A model generated the notes under the pieces. The model was not told where the DNA came from, did no database searches, and was given only the letters and a program-made list of their open reading frames with translations. Positions 18,579 through 28,414 of a stretch of 42,214 bases of DNA are shown here, piece by piece. The DNA is from Thermoproteota archaeon. GTDB taxonomy: Archaea > Korarchaeota > Korarchaeia > Korarchaeales > Korarchaeaceae. The stretch covers positions 1 to 42,214 of the forward strand of contig JAVCBY010000044.1 of the NCBI GenBank assembly GCA_037917625.1. Direction: 5' to 3'. How positions within the stretch are numbered: the first letter of the stretch is position 1; every line of letters starts with the position of its first letter. The position numbers were made by a program, and so were the translations under genes.

Positions 18579-19715
18579 ATGACAGATTTACCCACTTTCC
18601 TGAGGAACATCATCCTCTTTTGGCTAGTTTTATATGTGATCGGCATATTACTTGGGAGGAAGGGGATTAAGCGCTTCAAAGTCGGATTCTTCTATCTAGA
18701 AATATCCACAGACCCGAAGCTCCTATCCAAGCCCATTGGCCTCATATCAAGACTAATTGGGCCACTCTACAAGCTATCAATAATCCTCACAGTAGTTCTA
18801 TCTATAATATCATCTATTTACTTAGTGAAGATAACTATAGATTCCTTATTCGGCCCTAAGGTCGCTCAGATAGTCCCAGTTATACCTGGAGTTACCTTAG
18901 ACATAACGGTCCCCTCCCTCCTCTCAATATTCATCGTGCTATTAGCTCATGAGGTCTTCGGGCATGCTGTTATGAGCCACCGCTTCGAAGTCCCGGTGAA
19001 GAAGGTAGCATTTTTCATCCTCTTCTTCCTTTTAGGAGCGTTCGTCGAGCCGGATGAGGAATCCCTGAGGAAACTCAACCGCTCCAAGAGGATGGGGATC
19101 TATTCTGCTGGCATCTTCTCGAACTTCATGACATTTTTGGTCTTCTTAATGATCACCATGCTCATCTTCCCTGGTTTCTCCTTAGATTCGAGTTCAGCTA
19201 GGCCCTCTGGTGTCTACGTTGAGAGGGTATTCGAGGGAGGACCTTCCAAGGGCTCGATACCTGAGGGCGTGGTGATAAGGGCTATAGATGGCTATAGCGT
19301 CAGGGATCTCAGTAGCCTCTCTGAAGCATTGAGGAAGTTTAAGCCAGGGGATGAAGTATATATACTCACTGATAAGGGTAGCTTCAAAGTTAAACTAGGC
19401 TCCAGACCTGATGATCCAAAGCTACCTTATTTGGGCGTCCAACTTTCTCCCATACCTTACTTCGATCCCTCCATTCCCATGCCCACTGGACTCTCAATTC
19501 AACTACTCGAATTGTTCCTCCTGACTATGATATTCAGTATAGGACTCGCTGCGATAAATTCATTACCCATTCTACCCCTCGATGGCGGTCTCTTGCTTTC
19601 TGAGATCCTGAGCTTTTACATGGATGATAAACTAGCTAGAAAACTCGCTTGGACTATATCCGCACCATTCGCTTTAATATTAATTTATAATGCTCTCTTA
19701 TTCTTCTTGGGATGA
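18579..19715 (+). CDS. Site-2 protease (M50) with PDZ domain
   Basis: HEVFGH, GAFVEPDE, AG..SN, PDZ-like segment, NSLPILPLDGG. Confidence 0.9.
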   Translation: MTDLPTFLRNIILFWLVLYVIGILLGRKGIKRFKVGFFYLEISTDPKLLSKPIGLISRLIGPLYKLSIILTVVLSIISSIYLVKITIDSLFGPKVAQIVPVIPGVTLDITVPSLLSIFIVLLAHEVFGHAVMSHRFEVPVKKVAFFILFFLLGAFVEPDEESLRKLNRSKRMGIYSAGIFSNFMTFLVFLMITMLIFPGFSLDSSSARPSGVYVERVFEGGPSKGSIPEGVVIRAIDGYSVRDLSSLSEALRKFKPGDEVYILTDKGSFKVKLGSRPDDPKLPYLGVQLSPIPYFDPSIPMPTGLSIQLLELFLLTMIFSIGLAAINSLPILPLDGGLLLSEILSFYMDDKLARKLAWTISAPFALILIYNALLFFLG

Positions 19716-19719
19716 TAAT

Positions 19720-20760
19720 TTGGTAAATCCATTCTCATCTATTGCGGAGCCTCCTACGATCGAGGATCTGATCGATATCTCCTTCAGGAGGGCTTTCTCC
19801 AAGGGGAGGTCCCTCAAGAGGAGGAGGGACAGGATATTGGCGATAAGAGAGAAAGAGATGAGGAGAATTCGGTCAATAACAGATACAATATCATCAAAGT
19901 TGGAAAATTTTGTTAAAAATTTCCCGAATATAAATGAAATAAATCCATTTTACGGGGAGCTCCTCGACGTCCTCGCGGGGATAGATGAAATTAAGCATTC
20001 ACTCGGAGCGATCTTCTGGGCTTCTACTACAATAAAAAGGATTTCTAGATTTTATCAATCGTCCATAAGGAGAGAGAGTGATCCTGATAGGATGGCTAAG
20101 CTGAGGAGAGAGTTCCTAGGTAGAGCAGCCTCTGTCCTGAGGAGGGTCAGGAAGGAGATCGATTTCCTGAGGGACTCAATCCCAAAGTTAAGGGATCTCC
20201 CAGATTTCGATATAAATTCGCCTGTAGTTATAATAGCTGGGATGCCTAACACAGGAAAGAGCACCCTTCTATCTAAATTGACAACGAAAAAGCCTGAGAT
20301 CGCGCCATATCCTTTCACGACAAAGGGTCTTATAATAGGGCATGGGGAAACATCGATAGGGAGGATTCAGTTCGTTGATACACCCGGTCTCCTCGATAGG
20401 CCGCTCTCAGAGAGGAATAAGATGGAGCTACAAGCTATAGCTGCCCTGAGGCATTTGAGGGGGCCAGTCATATACTTGATGGATCCGACGGAGACATGCG
20501 GTTACTCTCTCGATAGTCAGCTATCCCTCCTAAGGGAGCTGATGGCGAACTTACCTAAGCTTTACCTAGTAGCCCTTAATAAGTGCGATATCGGGGATGG
20601 GAAATTCCTTGAAGCTGAGAGGAGGCTTGAAGGGATGAAAATTAGGGCTTTGAGGATATCGGCTGAGCGAGGGGATGGATTAGGGGAATTAATAAATGAG
20701 TTGGAGGGGATCCTGAGGGAATATGAGGGTAGCATTCCTTCTCTCTGGAGAGCACCCTGA
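19720..20760 (+). CDS. NOG1 family GTPase (likely start TTG 19720)
   Basis: GMPNTGKST, YPFTTK, DTPGLLDR, NKCD. Confidence 0.92.
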   Translation: MVNPFSSIAEPPTIEDLIDISFRRAFSKGRSLKRRRDRILAIREKEMRRIRSITDTISSKLENFVKNFPNINEINPFYGELLDVLAGIDEIKHSLGAIFWASTTIKRISRFYQSSIRRESDPDRMAKLRREFLGRAASVLRRVRKEIDFLRDSIPKLRDLPDFDINSPVVIIAGMPNTGKSTLLSKLTTKKPEIAPYPFTTKGLIIGHGETSIGRIQFVDTPGLLDRPLSERNKMELQAIAALRHLRGPVIYLMDPTETCGYSLDSQLSLLRELMANLPKLYLVALNKCDIGDGKFLEAERRLEGMKIRALRISAERGDGLGELINELEGILREYEGSIPSLWRAP

Positions 20761-21751
20761 GATCCCAAAGGAGGAGGTTAAAGCGACTCTCGAAGCACTA
20801 GATATGAGGTATGAGATCCTAGGGGAGATGAGGTCTTGCCTCCTGTTAGATCTGGGATCATTCGAGGGTCTTTCCCGAATCTTATCTGAGAGACTCTCAT
20901 TCACAAGGAGCTTCGGTAAGCTATTAGGTTTATTTCACTGTTCTGAATTCCCAAGAGCTCTGAGTGAGCTTGAAACAATCCCTATCTCGGGAAGGTTTAA
21001 GGTCACATGCGTGAGGGTAGAGAGGAGTTGTGAATGGATCAGGAGGAAGGATGTCGAGGAGAGGATTGGAGGTTGGGTTATTGATAATAATGAAAGAGCT
21101 AAAGTTGATTTGGAGAATCCGGAAACTGAGATAATCTCTGTGATTACATCCGATCATATAGTAGTATATTTGAAAGAGGGGGAAGTTGATAGATCGCTCT
21201 TCAAGGTGAAGGAGGTTTCAGCTAGACCTTACGTTCATCCCGCATCAATGAGACCGACTTTGGCCAGGGCCATGGTGAATCTAGCCAGGACGAGGAGAGG
21301 TGACTTAGTCCTAGATCCTTTCCTCGGAGTAGGGGGTATAGCCTTGGAGGTACTATCCGTCGGAGCCAGATTAATAGGAGTGGACATAAATGAGAAGTTG
21401 GTTATTCAAGCTAAAAATAATCTCATAACTTACGGGTTCCTCGAGGGTTATGAACTCCAAGTTGGAGATGCCCTCTCGCTCGAGCTCGATGGATGCGTTG
21501 ATAGGATCGTAACAGATCCACCATACGGTAGGATGAGCAGCTCCCCTTATGCTCCGAGGGAACTCGCAAAAAAATTCGTTTCTAAGGTCCCGGAGTACTT
21601 GAGGAGCGGGGGGTGGATCTCCATCTCCTTACCGAAGGAGTTCCTAGATAGGAGGGACTTTGAGGATGTGGGAATTGATATTACAAACTCCTTCGATTTG
21701 AGGGAGCACAGATCCCTAGTGAGGAGGATCTGGGTGGGTAGATTGCCTTAG
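20723..21751 (+). CDS. trm11: tRNA (guanine-10-N2) methyltransferase, THUMP plus MTase
   Basis: LSGEHP N-terminus, THUMP domain, RP..HP.SM.P.LARAMVNL, DPF.G.GG, TDPPYG. Confidence 0.85.
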   Translation: MRVAFLLSGEHPEIPKEEVKATLEALDMRYEILGEMRSCLLLDLGSFEGLSRILSERLSFTRSFGKLLGLFHCSEFPRALSELETIPISGRFKVTCVRVERSCEWIRRKDVEERIGGWVIDNNERAKVDLENPETEIISVITSDHIVVYLKEGEVDRSLFKVKEVSARPYVHPASMRPTLARAMVNLARTRRGDLVLDPFLGVGGIALEVLSVGARLIGVDINEKLVIQAKNNLITYGFLEGYELQVGDALSLELDGCVDRIVTDPPYGRMSSSPYAPRELAKKFVSKVPEYLRSGGWISISLPKEFLDRRDFEDVGIDITNSFDLREHRSLVRRIWVGRLP

Positions 21752-21794
21752 CTCCTCAGAATCATTTTTATATGTTCGGCTTCCCTCCCACCCT

Positions 21795-22700
21795 GTGAGG
21801 ATAAAATTCCTCGGCACTAGTTCCGCTGTTCCGACTAAGGATAGGGGGCTTCCAGCTATACTTGTGAAGACCATGGGGGACTCCATACTCCTCGACTGCG
21901 GAGAGGGGACGCAGAGACAGATGATAATGGCAAAGGAGAGCATAATGAATATAGATAAAGTTGTGATAACTCACCTTCATGGGGATCATTTCTTCGGACT
22001 CTTCCCTCTGATACAGACATTGGGGATATTGAGGAAAGGATCTGAGCTAACGATATTAGGCCCCAAGAGCCTCGAACCCTTGCTCATCTCAATAATGGAG
22101 GGAACTGGATCCAAGCCTAGCTTCAAGGTCAACTTCATAGGGATAGAGAGGGGCGAGATTCGATTGGGAAATTTCATTTTAGAGTTCTTCGAAGTCGATC
22201 ACAATGGTTTCGAGACTTATGGTGTGAAAGTAAAGGAAAGGGATAGACCTGGTGAGTTCGATCCCAAGAAGGCTGATGAACTCGGTGTTCCTGTTTTCAT
22301 GAGGGGCTTCCTGCAGAAAGGCTATACTGTTAAGTTGCCTGATGGGAGGATCGTGAACCCGAGCGATGTGATGGGGCCTCCTAGGAGAGGATCCGTGCTC
22401 GTCTATTCCTCGGACACTAGGCCTGCTGAATCCGTGATAAGGGCTTCAAGGGATGCTGACTTATTAATACATGAAGCGACTTACTTGAATGAGCTGAAGG
22501 ACAGGGCTGAGTCAACGGGACATAGCACAGCCCTGGAAGCAGGAGAGGTCGCTAGTGCCTCTGGCGTCAAGAGACTAATTTTAACGCACTTCAGCGCTAG
22601 GTACTCAGATGAAGACCTCTTTAAGTTTAGAGAGGAGGCTTCGAAGGCATATAATGGGGAGGTCTTGGTCGCTAAGGACTTCTTAACCGTGGAGATCTAG
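21795..22700 (+). CDS. rnz: Ribonuclease Z
   Basis: FLGTSSAVPT..R, DCGEGTQ, THLHGDH, HEATY, HST, HFSARY. Confidence 0.95.
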   Translation: MRIKFLGTSSAVPTKDRGLPAILVKTMGDSILLDCGEGTQRQMIMAKESIMNIDKVVITHLHGDHFFGLFPLIQTLGILRKGSELTILGPKSLEPLLISIMEGTGSKPSFKVNFIGIERGEIRLGNFILEFFEVDHNGFETYGVKVKERDRPGEFDPKKADELGVPVFMRGFLQKGYTVKLPDGRIVNPSDVMGPPRRGSVLVYSSDTRPAESVIRASRDADLLIHEATYLNELKDRAESTGHSTALEAGEVASASGVKRLILTHFSARYSDEDLFKFREEASKAYNGEVLVAKDFLTVEI

Positions 22701-23146
22701 CCCCTGCCATAGAGTAGATCCTGCAGGGTGGCCTCATTCACCGGCTTACCTCTCTCTGTCCTAGGAGTGAGCCAATCCGCGAGGACGAGGGGGTCCCCAT
22801 CGTAATATATCCTGAGGACTATCGCACCCAAGGGGGAGAACTCCTCATTATCCACGAGACTTACCCTGCCCACTATAGCAGCCTGCTTATGGAACCTCAG
22901 CGGCCTGATATCACCTCTCTTAGATATCAATAAGCTCCTAGCAGTATCTAAAATTCTGTTGCTCCTGAAGGAGTTCCTAAGTTTTGATAGTGGCTCATAA
23001 CCATCTTTAGTAACTTTAATCACCTTAATTTCCCCTTCCTGTATCTCAACATCATCCAGCTCCTCGCTGAACGGGACTATAGTCTTCATCGCTTGAATTA
23101 CCCTCTTCTCATCCTCCGTAGGATATACCTCAGCCTCAAGGATCAA
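22697..23146 (-). CDS. DUF54-like putative RNA-binding protein (start TTG 23146 or 23176)
   Basis: VYPTED..RV, ILDTAR, HKQAA, SPLG.I, WLTP.T..G.P. Confidence 0.8.
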   Translation of the reverse strand: MILEAEVYPTEDEKRVIQAMKTIVPFSEELDDVEIQEGEIKVIKVTKDGYEPLSKLRNSFRSNRILDTARSLLISKRGDIRPLRFHKQAAIVGRVSLVDNEEFSPLGAIVLRIYYDGDPLVLADWLTPRTERGKPVNEATLQDLLYGRG

Positions 23147-23574
23147 TCTAATTGAGAATTTACCATCAGATCCCAATCTGGGAACCTCCTCTCCAGAAAT
23201 CCCCTTAACTCCTCTATCAGCTTGGGGAAGCCTCTCCTCCTGTACTCATCCCTCGGCCCATCATCAAGTCTCCCCCCGTACTGTGTTAGAATCGTTTTCA
23301 ATTTCCCGTAAATTCTCATTCCTTCTTTATCAAAATCCGTCATTATTATAAATGTTTTCCCTCTAACTCTCCTCTCACCCAACTCCCTAAGATCTCTAAG
23401 GAGGCTTCCAGCATAAGTGTAATTCGCCTTTATTCCGAGGAGTGAGAGCGCCTCCTTATCTTTCGGTCCCTCTACCACTACCTCAACGGTCTCTGAAGAT
23501 GCCCTCATGCTGATCTGATCCTTCCACTCCATGAGGCTTTCGAGCAGCTCCCTCGATCTCAACACAGAACCCAT
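23143..23574 (-). CDS. Small TOPRIM domain protein
   Basis: VVVEG.KD..AL and TDFD.EG motifs. Confidence 0.85.
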   Translation of the reverse strand: MGSVLRSRELLESLMEWKDQISMRASSETVEVVVEGPKDKEALSLLGIKANYTYAGSLLRDLRELGERRVRGKTFIIMTDFDKEGMRIYGKLKTILTQYGGRLDDGPRDEYRRRGFPKLIEELRGFLERRFPDWDLMVNSQLD

Positions 23575-23646
23575 CGACTGTAGCCGAGATAGATTAATAA
23601 AGTTATTTGGCGACTCACCATTAGATTTTACAAAGGAGGAGGATCC

Positions 23647-24759
23647 ATGAAACAGATAGCAAAGGTCCTGTTGTGTATGATGCTTCTGCTAGCGTTAGTC
23701 AACGCAACCAATGCATCAGCCGATCCTCAGGAAGTGAGCATAACTAGGATGAGCATCATAGCTGAGCTATTTGAGAATACATCAGTGAAAGTAACGGTGA
23801 ACGCAGAGTTAAGCGTCCCCAGGAATTACAGCGGAACTATTAGATCCATATTCTTCCCAGTAATCCCGATAGGGATCTCTATGGAGAGCCCATCTAAGGG
23901 GATATCCTCTGTGAAGGCATTGTCACAGGATATATCCGCTCAGAGAATTAGTACGGAATCCTTCGGTGATGCTATAGTGATAAACTTTAAGGAGAATCTT
24001 AAGCCAGGCATTATGAGGAACATATCCTTCAGTTTCACTCTCACACCAACTACCGCCCTAGCTAAGTTCGATGATTCATATAGATTTGCTTACAGATTCT
24101 ACAAGCCTAACGTCACCCTAAACTACAACAAGTCGATGATGGAGGCGATCCTACCTAGAGGAGCCGGTGTCACTAAGATAAGTCAGGAAGGTGCTCTGAG
24201 CATGGATCCCCTATCAGAGAGACTCGTTGCGATATGGATGCCTTTTCCTAACCCCAGGGGAGGAGGATGGGACTTCGTCCTTGAGTTCAAGATGATCGAT
24301 CAGATCTCTCCCCAGCAACCTATTCCTCAAACGGGATCCCTTCAGCAACAGAATATGACGGGCCTTATATTCCCGCTGGTGATCTCAAATATCATCACGG
24401 CGAGTATGACTTTTGCCGCATCCCTACTCATGATGAGGAGGCAGAGCAAAGTCATCCCTATCAATATCCCAGAAGAGGGATACGATGAGGAAACCCTGGC
24501 TAGGGTTGAAGAGGCATTAGAGAAGCTAGATAGGGATGAGAGGGATGTCATAGACATAATATACAAGAATAATGGGAAGATCGAGCAGAAAGATCTACCC
24601 GAGCTTACTGGATTCTCGAAGAGTAAGGTCTCGAGGATCCTCAAGAGGTTGGATTCCATGGGATTCGTGAGGAGAGTATCGCAAGGAAAGACGAAGATCG
24701 TGGAGCTCAACCCGGCTCTGAACAAGATTTTGAGAGAATCTTCCGAAGGAGCTGAATGA
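23647..24759 (+). CDS. Membrane-spanning protein with extracellular domain and C-terminal winged HTH
   Basis: Signal peptide, one TM helix, QKDL...TGFSKSKVSRILKRL...G wHTH. Confidence 0.8.
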   Translation: MKQIAKVLLCMMLLLALVNATNASADPQEVSITRMSIIAELFENTSVKVTVNAELSVPRNYSGTIRSIFFPVIPIGISMESPSKGISSVKALSQDISAQRISTESFGDAIVINFKENLKPGIMRNISFSFTLTPTTALAKFDDSYRFAYRFYKPNVTLNYNKSMMEAILPRGAGVTKISQEGALSMDPLSERLVAIWMPFPNPRGGGWDFVLEFKMIDQISPQQPIPQTGSLQQQNMTGLIFPLVISNIITASMTFAASLLMMRRQSKVIPINIPEEGYDEETLARVEEALEKLDRDERDVIDIIYKNNGKIEQKDLPELTGFSKSKVSRILKRLDSMGFVRRVSQGKTKIVELNPALNKILRESSEGAE

Positions 24760-24987
24760 ACTTATTTTTAAGACATTTTACATAAGCTTAGAGAGGCTAT
24801 TTCGTCGATGGAATACTTTTTCCCTCTCTAATGAGTTCTCGTATAACTGCCGAGCCTAGAGGATGAGGTTATATACTTTTACTTTAAATAAATTAAGAGA
24901 TCTGTAAATGAAATCGGGGTTGTGGAGGACTCAAGGCTGAGAGGTGCCTTGAGACACTCTCCTTAAAACCGGAGACTCTCCGCAAAA

Positions 24988-25074
24988 TGCGGGGGGTGGG
25001 ATTTGAACCCACGCGGGCCTGACGCCCACCGGACCCTGAATCCGGCGCCTTGGACCTGGCTCGGCAACCCCCGC
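24988..25074 (-). tRNA. tRNA-Leu(CAG)
   Basis: GCGGGGG/CCCCCGC acceptor, CCGGA-TTCAGGG-TCCGG anticodon arm, long variable arm. Confidence 0.95.
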
Positions 25075-25152
25075 TGGTGCTCCGGCCGGGATTTGAACCC
25101 GGGTCTGGGGCTCGAAAGGCCCCTATGCTTGACCGGGCTACACCACCGGAGC
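25075..25152 (-). tRNA. tRNA-Glu(UUC) with genomically encoded CCA
   Basis: GCTCCGG/CCGGAGC acceptor, GGGGC-CTTTCGA-GCCCC anticodon arm, ends ACCA. Confidence 0.95.
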
Positions 25153-25193
25153 AAGTTGTCTGGGGAATACCCAAATAAAAACCTTTTTCCAAC

Positions 25194-26294
25194 TCATATA
25201 CTTACGCCCAGGTGTTGCAGCTTCTCGCTGAGGTACCTGATGAAGTACTCCTTTAGGGTCTTAGCTGATGGGCTCATCGCCTTGAATATCTCTAGCTCAG
25301 CTTTCTTCTTATTCTGAAGGAACCAATCATTTTCCCTCTGCCAGAATTCATTCTGAAGGTTTGGAAGGGACTTATTGTCCAATGCGGCCTTATAATCTGC
25401 TTGAGTTAGGGGTTCTAAGGCGAATTTATAGTCCTTGAAGAATCCATCCTCTACGTCTCTCGTCAATATCCCTATGAACCTAGCTTCCGGTGTAGCTAAG
25501 TGAGGTATGTGAGCTGAGTTTATGCTATTGTATATCACAGTAGCGGCTATCCTGAGGGACCAAGGGGATAAGTCGGTCAGTACTGCTATGGGAACCCCCT
25601 CATCTGAGAGCATCCTGAGGAATCTCCTCATGCTCCTCGAAGCCTGTCCCTGCAATATTGCTATGGCTATCTTCTTCTCCTCAGGTATGCCTAACTCTAT
25701 CATGTTCTTAGCGGGTCCGACCTTCTCAACGGCCACCACAGCTTTAACCCCTATCCTCTTGAACTTTATGTTCTCTGGCCTCGGGGGGACTGAGTATCCC
25801 ATCTCACCGACTTGATCTGCCTTCAGAACCCTTCCAGATCTATCAATGAGCTCTATATCACCATATATCCATCCTCTGGGGTCGCTAGTTATGGAGAAGG
25901 CCTCTCTCGGCATGCCGAGGATCAGCTCCATTAATATAATTCTAGCATCAGTCTCCCTCTGATCCTCAGGGAAGAGCGTCCCCTTTAGCCTCTCCACCTT
26001 ATGCAAATAGTAGAAATCTCTTTTTGTCATCGTTAGACCGTTCTCTAAGTGATCTAATGCCCTGCTCATCCCATAGAGTACTCCCGATAGGGTCCTCAAG
26101 CTCTTAGAGTGAGAACCCTTTATCTTCCCGTAGAAAGTCGGCCTGAATATGTAACCCACTCTCTCATCGAAAACTATGTTCCTCTGGGTGTTCGGAGGAT
26201 ATTCCAATTCCGGGAATTTCCCCTCCTTTATGGCTTCTGCAATTTCCCTAGCTATCTCCAGAACCTTGGACTTTACATCATTCATGCTCATCAC
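25194..26294 (-). CDS. top6A: DNA topoisomerase VI subunit A
   Basis: KRDFYY catalytic Tyr, VEK, GQ, TD..PW TOPRIM, KAELE. Confidence 0.92.
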   Translation of the reverse strand: MMSMNDVKSKVLEIAREIAEAIKEGKFPELEYPPNTQRNIVFDERVGYIFRPTFYGKIKGSHSKSLRTLSGVLYGMSRALDHLENGLTMTKRDFYYLHKVERLKGTLFPEDQRETDARIILMELILGMPREAFSITSDPRGWIYGDIELIDRSGRVLKADQVGEMGYSVPPRPENIKFKRIGVKAVVAVEKVGPAKNMIELGIPEEKKIAIAILQGQASRSMRRFLRMLSDEGVPIAVLTDLSPWSLRIAATVIYNSINSAHIPHLATPEARFIGILTRDVEDGFFKDYKFALEPLTQADYKAALDNKSLPNLQNEFWQRENDWFLQNKKKAELEIFKAMSPSAKTLKEYFIRYLSEKLQHLGVSI

Positions 26295-27819
26295 CCAAGC
26301 TCCCCTTTATCCTCTCCATCAAGTTCTCAATTGGAGGCCTCTCCCCGATTATCTCCTCTAGAGTCCAAGATATCAGCTCATAATACATTTTAAAGAGCTC
26401 ATATCTCTTTAATAACATCTCCTTTCTCCTTTTCCTCCCTAAATATATCCTCAATTCCCTAGCGCATCCTCTGAGGCCGAGCTCTATTTCCCTAGCGATT
26501 TCAGGCACATTCGCTATGAACTCCTTGCCCACGGTCTTGAAGGGAACTTTAGTGGATACTATGTGAACGAAGAATGCAATTGGCTCATCCTCAGGATTCT
26601 TTATCCCATATATACTCCAATCTATCCTCTTGATGACTTGGTAAGAGACATCGCTCGATGCATCGTAGAGCAAGGGTATCTTGTTAGCGTACCTATACAA
26701 CTGTATATCCCCAGTAGGCTTTATCAATCCTCCATAAGCTATTGCGACCTCTACTATGAAGGGATGAGCTTCATAAACAGATGGGGGCCTCTGAACAGCT
26801 TTCACGAACTCCGGTTGTAACTCCTTCTTTATACCCGATTCGAAGAGCTCCTCGCCTAGAGGGGAGAGGACGCTCGGATCCGGCGGTAGGAACTCCTTAT
26901 AGCTCCTAAGCGCTTCATAAAGCTTCCTTATATCTTCATCCGTTAGATCAGATGGTCTCTTATCCGGAGGAAGTCCAGCCATCTTAAGGACCTCGTTAGC
27001 TGTCTTCTTCCCCACCCTCTGGAAGTGCGTCATTAGGAAGGACTCGAGACTCTTAGTCCTCGTGGAGCTGAGTAGTCTCTGGAGCAGCTCAAGATCCACC
27101 CCTCTGGGATGAAATAGGGCTTCTTTGGGCCTGGGAGGGATCTTCTCAGTGCTCCTGGGGAATATGTAGAGATGACCCTCAGGATCCATGAAAGCTATCG
27201 AGATATAAGGCACTACTATAGCTGTCTGCTGTAAGTAATCTATTATCTTCCTCTTAGCTCTCGGATAGTTCCCCTCGAAGGTAGATTCTACTATCGTGAA
27301 GGATCTCCTAGAGATTCCCTTTATCCTCTTATCCAATATTATCGGCTCATTCTTCCTTATATCTATCATCATCGTTAGCTCGTAAGCGGGCCCCCCTTCC
27401 CTAGCTGATGTGATCTTGAAGGGCATGTTAGTCGTGATCTGGCCGTATAGAAGGGCCATAGTTCCACCGAGACCGAAAGTACCTCTACTTTGGATTAGCC
27501 TATACTTAGAGCTCACGAAGACCCTACCGAAGGCTAGAGGTATCTCCTCCGGATCCATCCCTATGCCGTTATCTGCGACTCTTATCCTGTACCATGGAAG
27601 GCTCTCCTCCCCTCCCTCCCTCTCTTCCCTCATGACTATGAGCACCTTAGGGGACCTGCCCGCTAGCTCTACAGCGTCTAATGAGTTCTCAACGAGCTCC
27701 CTGACTATCGTGTAAGTCGCCCTCACTGGATTATCGAATCCCGCCAGGGATCTGTTCCTATAGAAGAAATCCGCTGCACTTATCTCCTCTAGCTTGACCT
27801 TCTCGCCCATTAAACCCAC
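26278..27819 (-). CDS. top6B: DNA topoisomerase VI subunit B
   Basis: ELVENSLDA, DNGIG, QSRGTFGLG, H2TH, RYANKIPL. Confidence 0.95.
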   Translation of the reverse strand: MGLMGEKVKLEEISAADFFYRNRSLAGFDNPVRATYTIVRELVENSLDAVELAGRSPKVLIVMREEREGGEESLPWYRIRVADNGIGMDPEEIPLAFGRVFVSSKYRLIQSRGTFGLGGTMALLYGQITTNMPFKITSAREGGPAYELTMMIDIRKNEPIILDKRIKGISRRSFTIVESTFEGNYPRAKRKIIDYLQQTAIVVPYISIAFMDPEGHLYIFPRSTEKIPPRPKEALFHPRGVDLELLQRLLSSTRTKSLESFLMTHFQRVGKKTANEVLKMAGLPPDKRPSDLTDEDIRKLYEALRSYKEFLPPDPSVLSPLGEELFESGIKKELQPEFVKAVQRPPSVYEAHPFIVEVAIAYGGLIKPTGDIQLYRYANKIPLLYDASSDVSYQVIKRIDWSIYGIKNPEDEPIAFFVHIVSTKVPFKTVGKEFIANVPEIAREIELGLRGCARELRIYLGRKRRKEMLLKRYELFKMYYELISWTLEEIIGERPPIENLMERIKGSLGDEHE

Positions 27820-27826
27820 CCTTGAG

Positions 27827-28414
27827 TCATTCTTTCTCTTCTTTCAGGGCTTTCTCAAGCATAAGCTCATCCATTATTGCCCTCTTACTCATCTCAGCTA
27901 TCTTCCTCTCCATTAGCCTATAAGCAGTTGAGTGCATCGATCCCTCCAGCAGGGAGACTATCGCCTCCCTAGCCGCTATCACATCATAAGTCCTCCCTAT
28001 TATTGATACAGTATGTCCATAAACAGATATTTTCGTATTAGTCCTCTCCTCAATATAAGTTTTAGCTTTACCCTTCTCCCCTATTATCCTCCCCCTCATC
28101 CTAGTCAGGGCATTTTTCGTCTCCCCGACGAACCTCCTTATGTCCATCACCTCGAGCACGTAATCATCCTCGAGCAACTTCATCGCGACCTCGGGGTTGA
28201 ACCCTCTTCCTATAGCTCTAACGACGGATTCTAGCTTCATCGGGAGGAGAGGGTCCTCTAACTGCTCGGGAAATCTTAGCGTGACTTCCCCTGAGGAGCT
28301 ATCTACATCTATTTTGGAGCCAGTAAGCTCCTCTATCTTAGCTTTAGTGACTCCCTTCTTTCCTATAAGTACCCCTATCCTCTCCTTAGGTATCAGTATC
28401 CTTATCTCCTTCAA
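27827..28414 (-). CDS. dim2: KH-domain rRNA processing protein Dim2/Pno1
   Basis: LIGKKG and RIIGEKG KH loops, AIGRGF, GSMH. Confidence 0.9.
   Translation of the reverse strand: MKEIRILIPKERIGVLIGKKGVTKAKIEELTGSKIDVDSSSGEVTLRFPEQLEDPLLPMKLESVVRAIGRGFNPEVAMKLLEDDYVLEVMDIRRFVGETKNALTRMRGRIIGEKGKAKTYIEERTNTKISVYGHTVSIIGRTYDVIAAREAIVSLLEGSMHSTAYRLMERKIAEMSKRAIMDELMLEKALKEEKE

Noticed and set aside
24893-25317. ORFs of 99, 63 and 104 aa over the tRNA pair
   Set aside because: Shadow ORFs explained by GC-rich tRNA sequence
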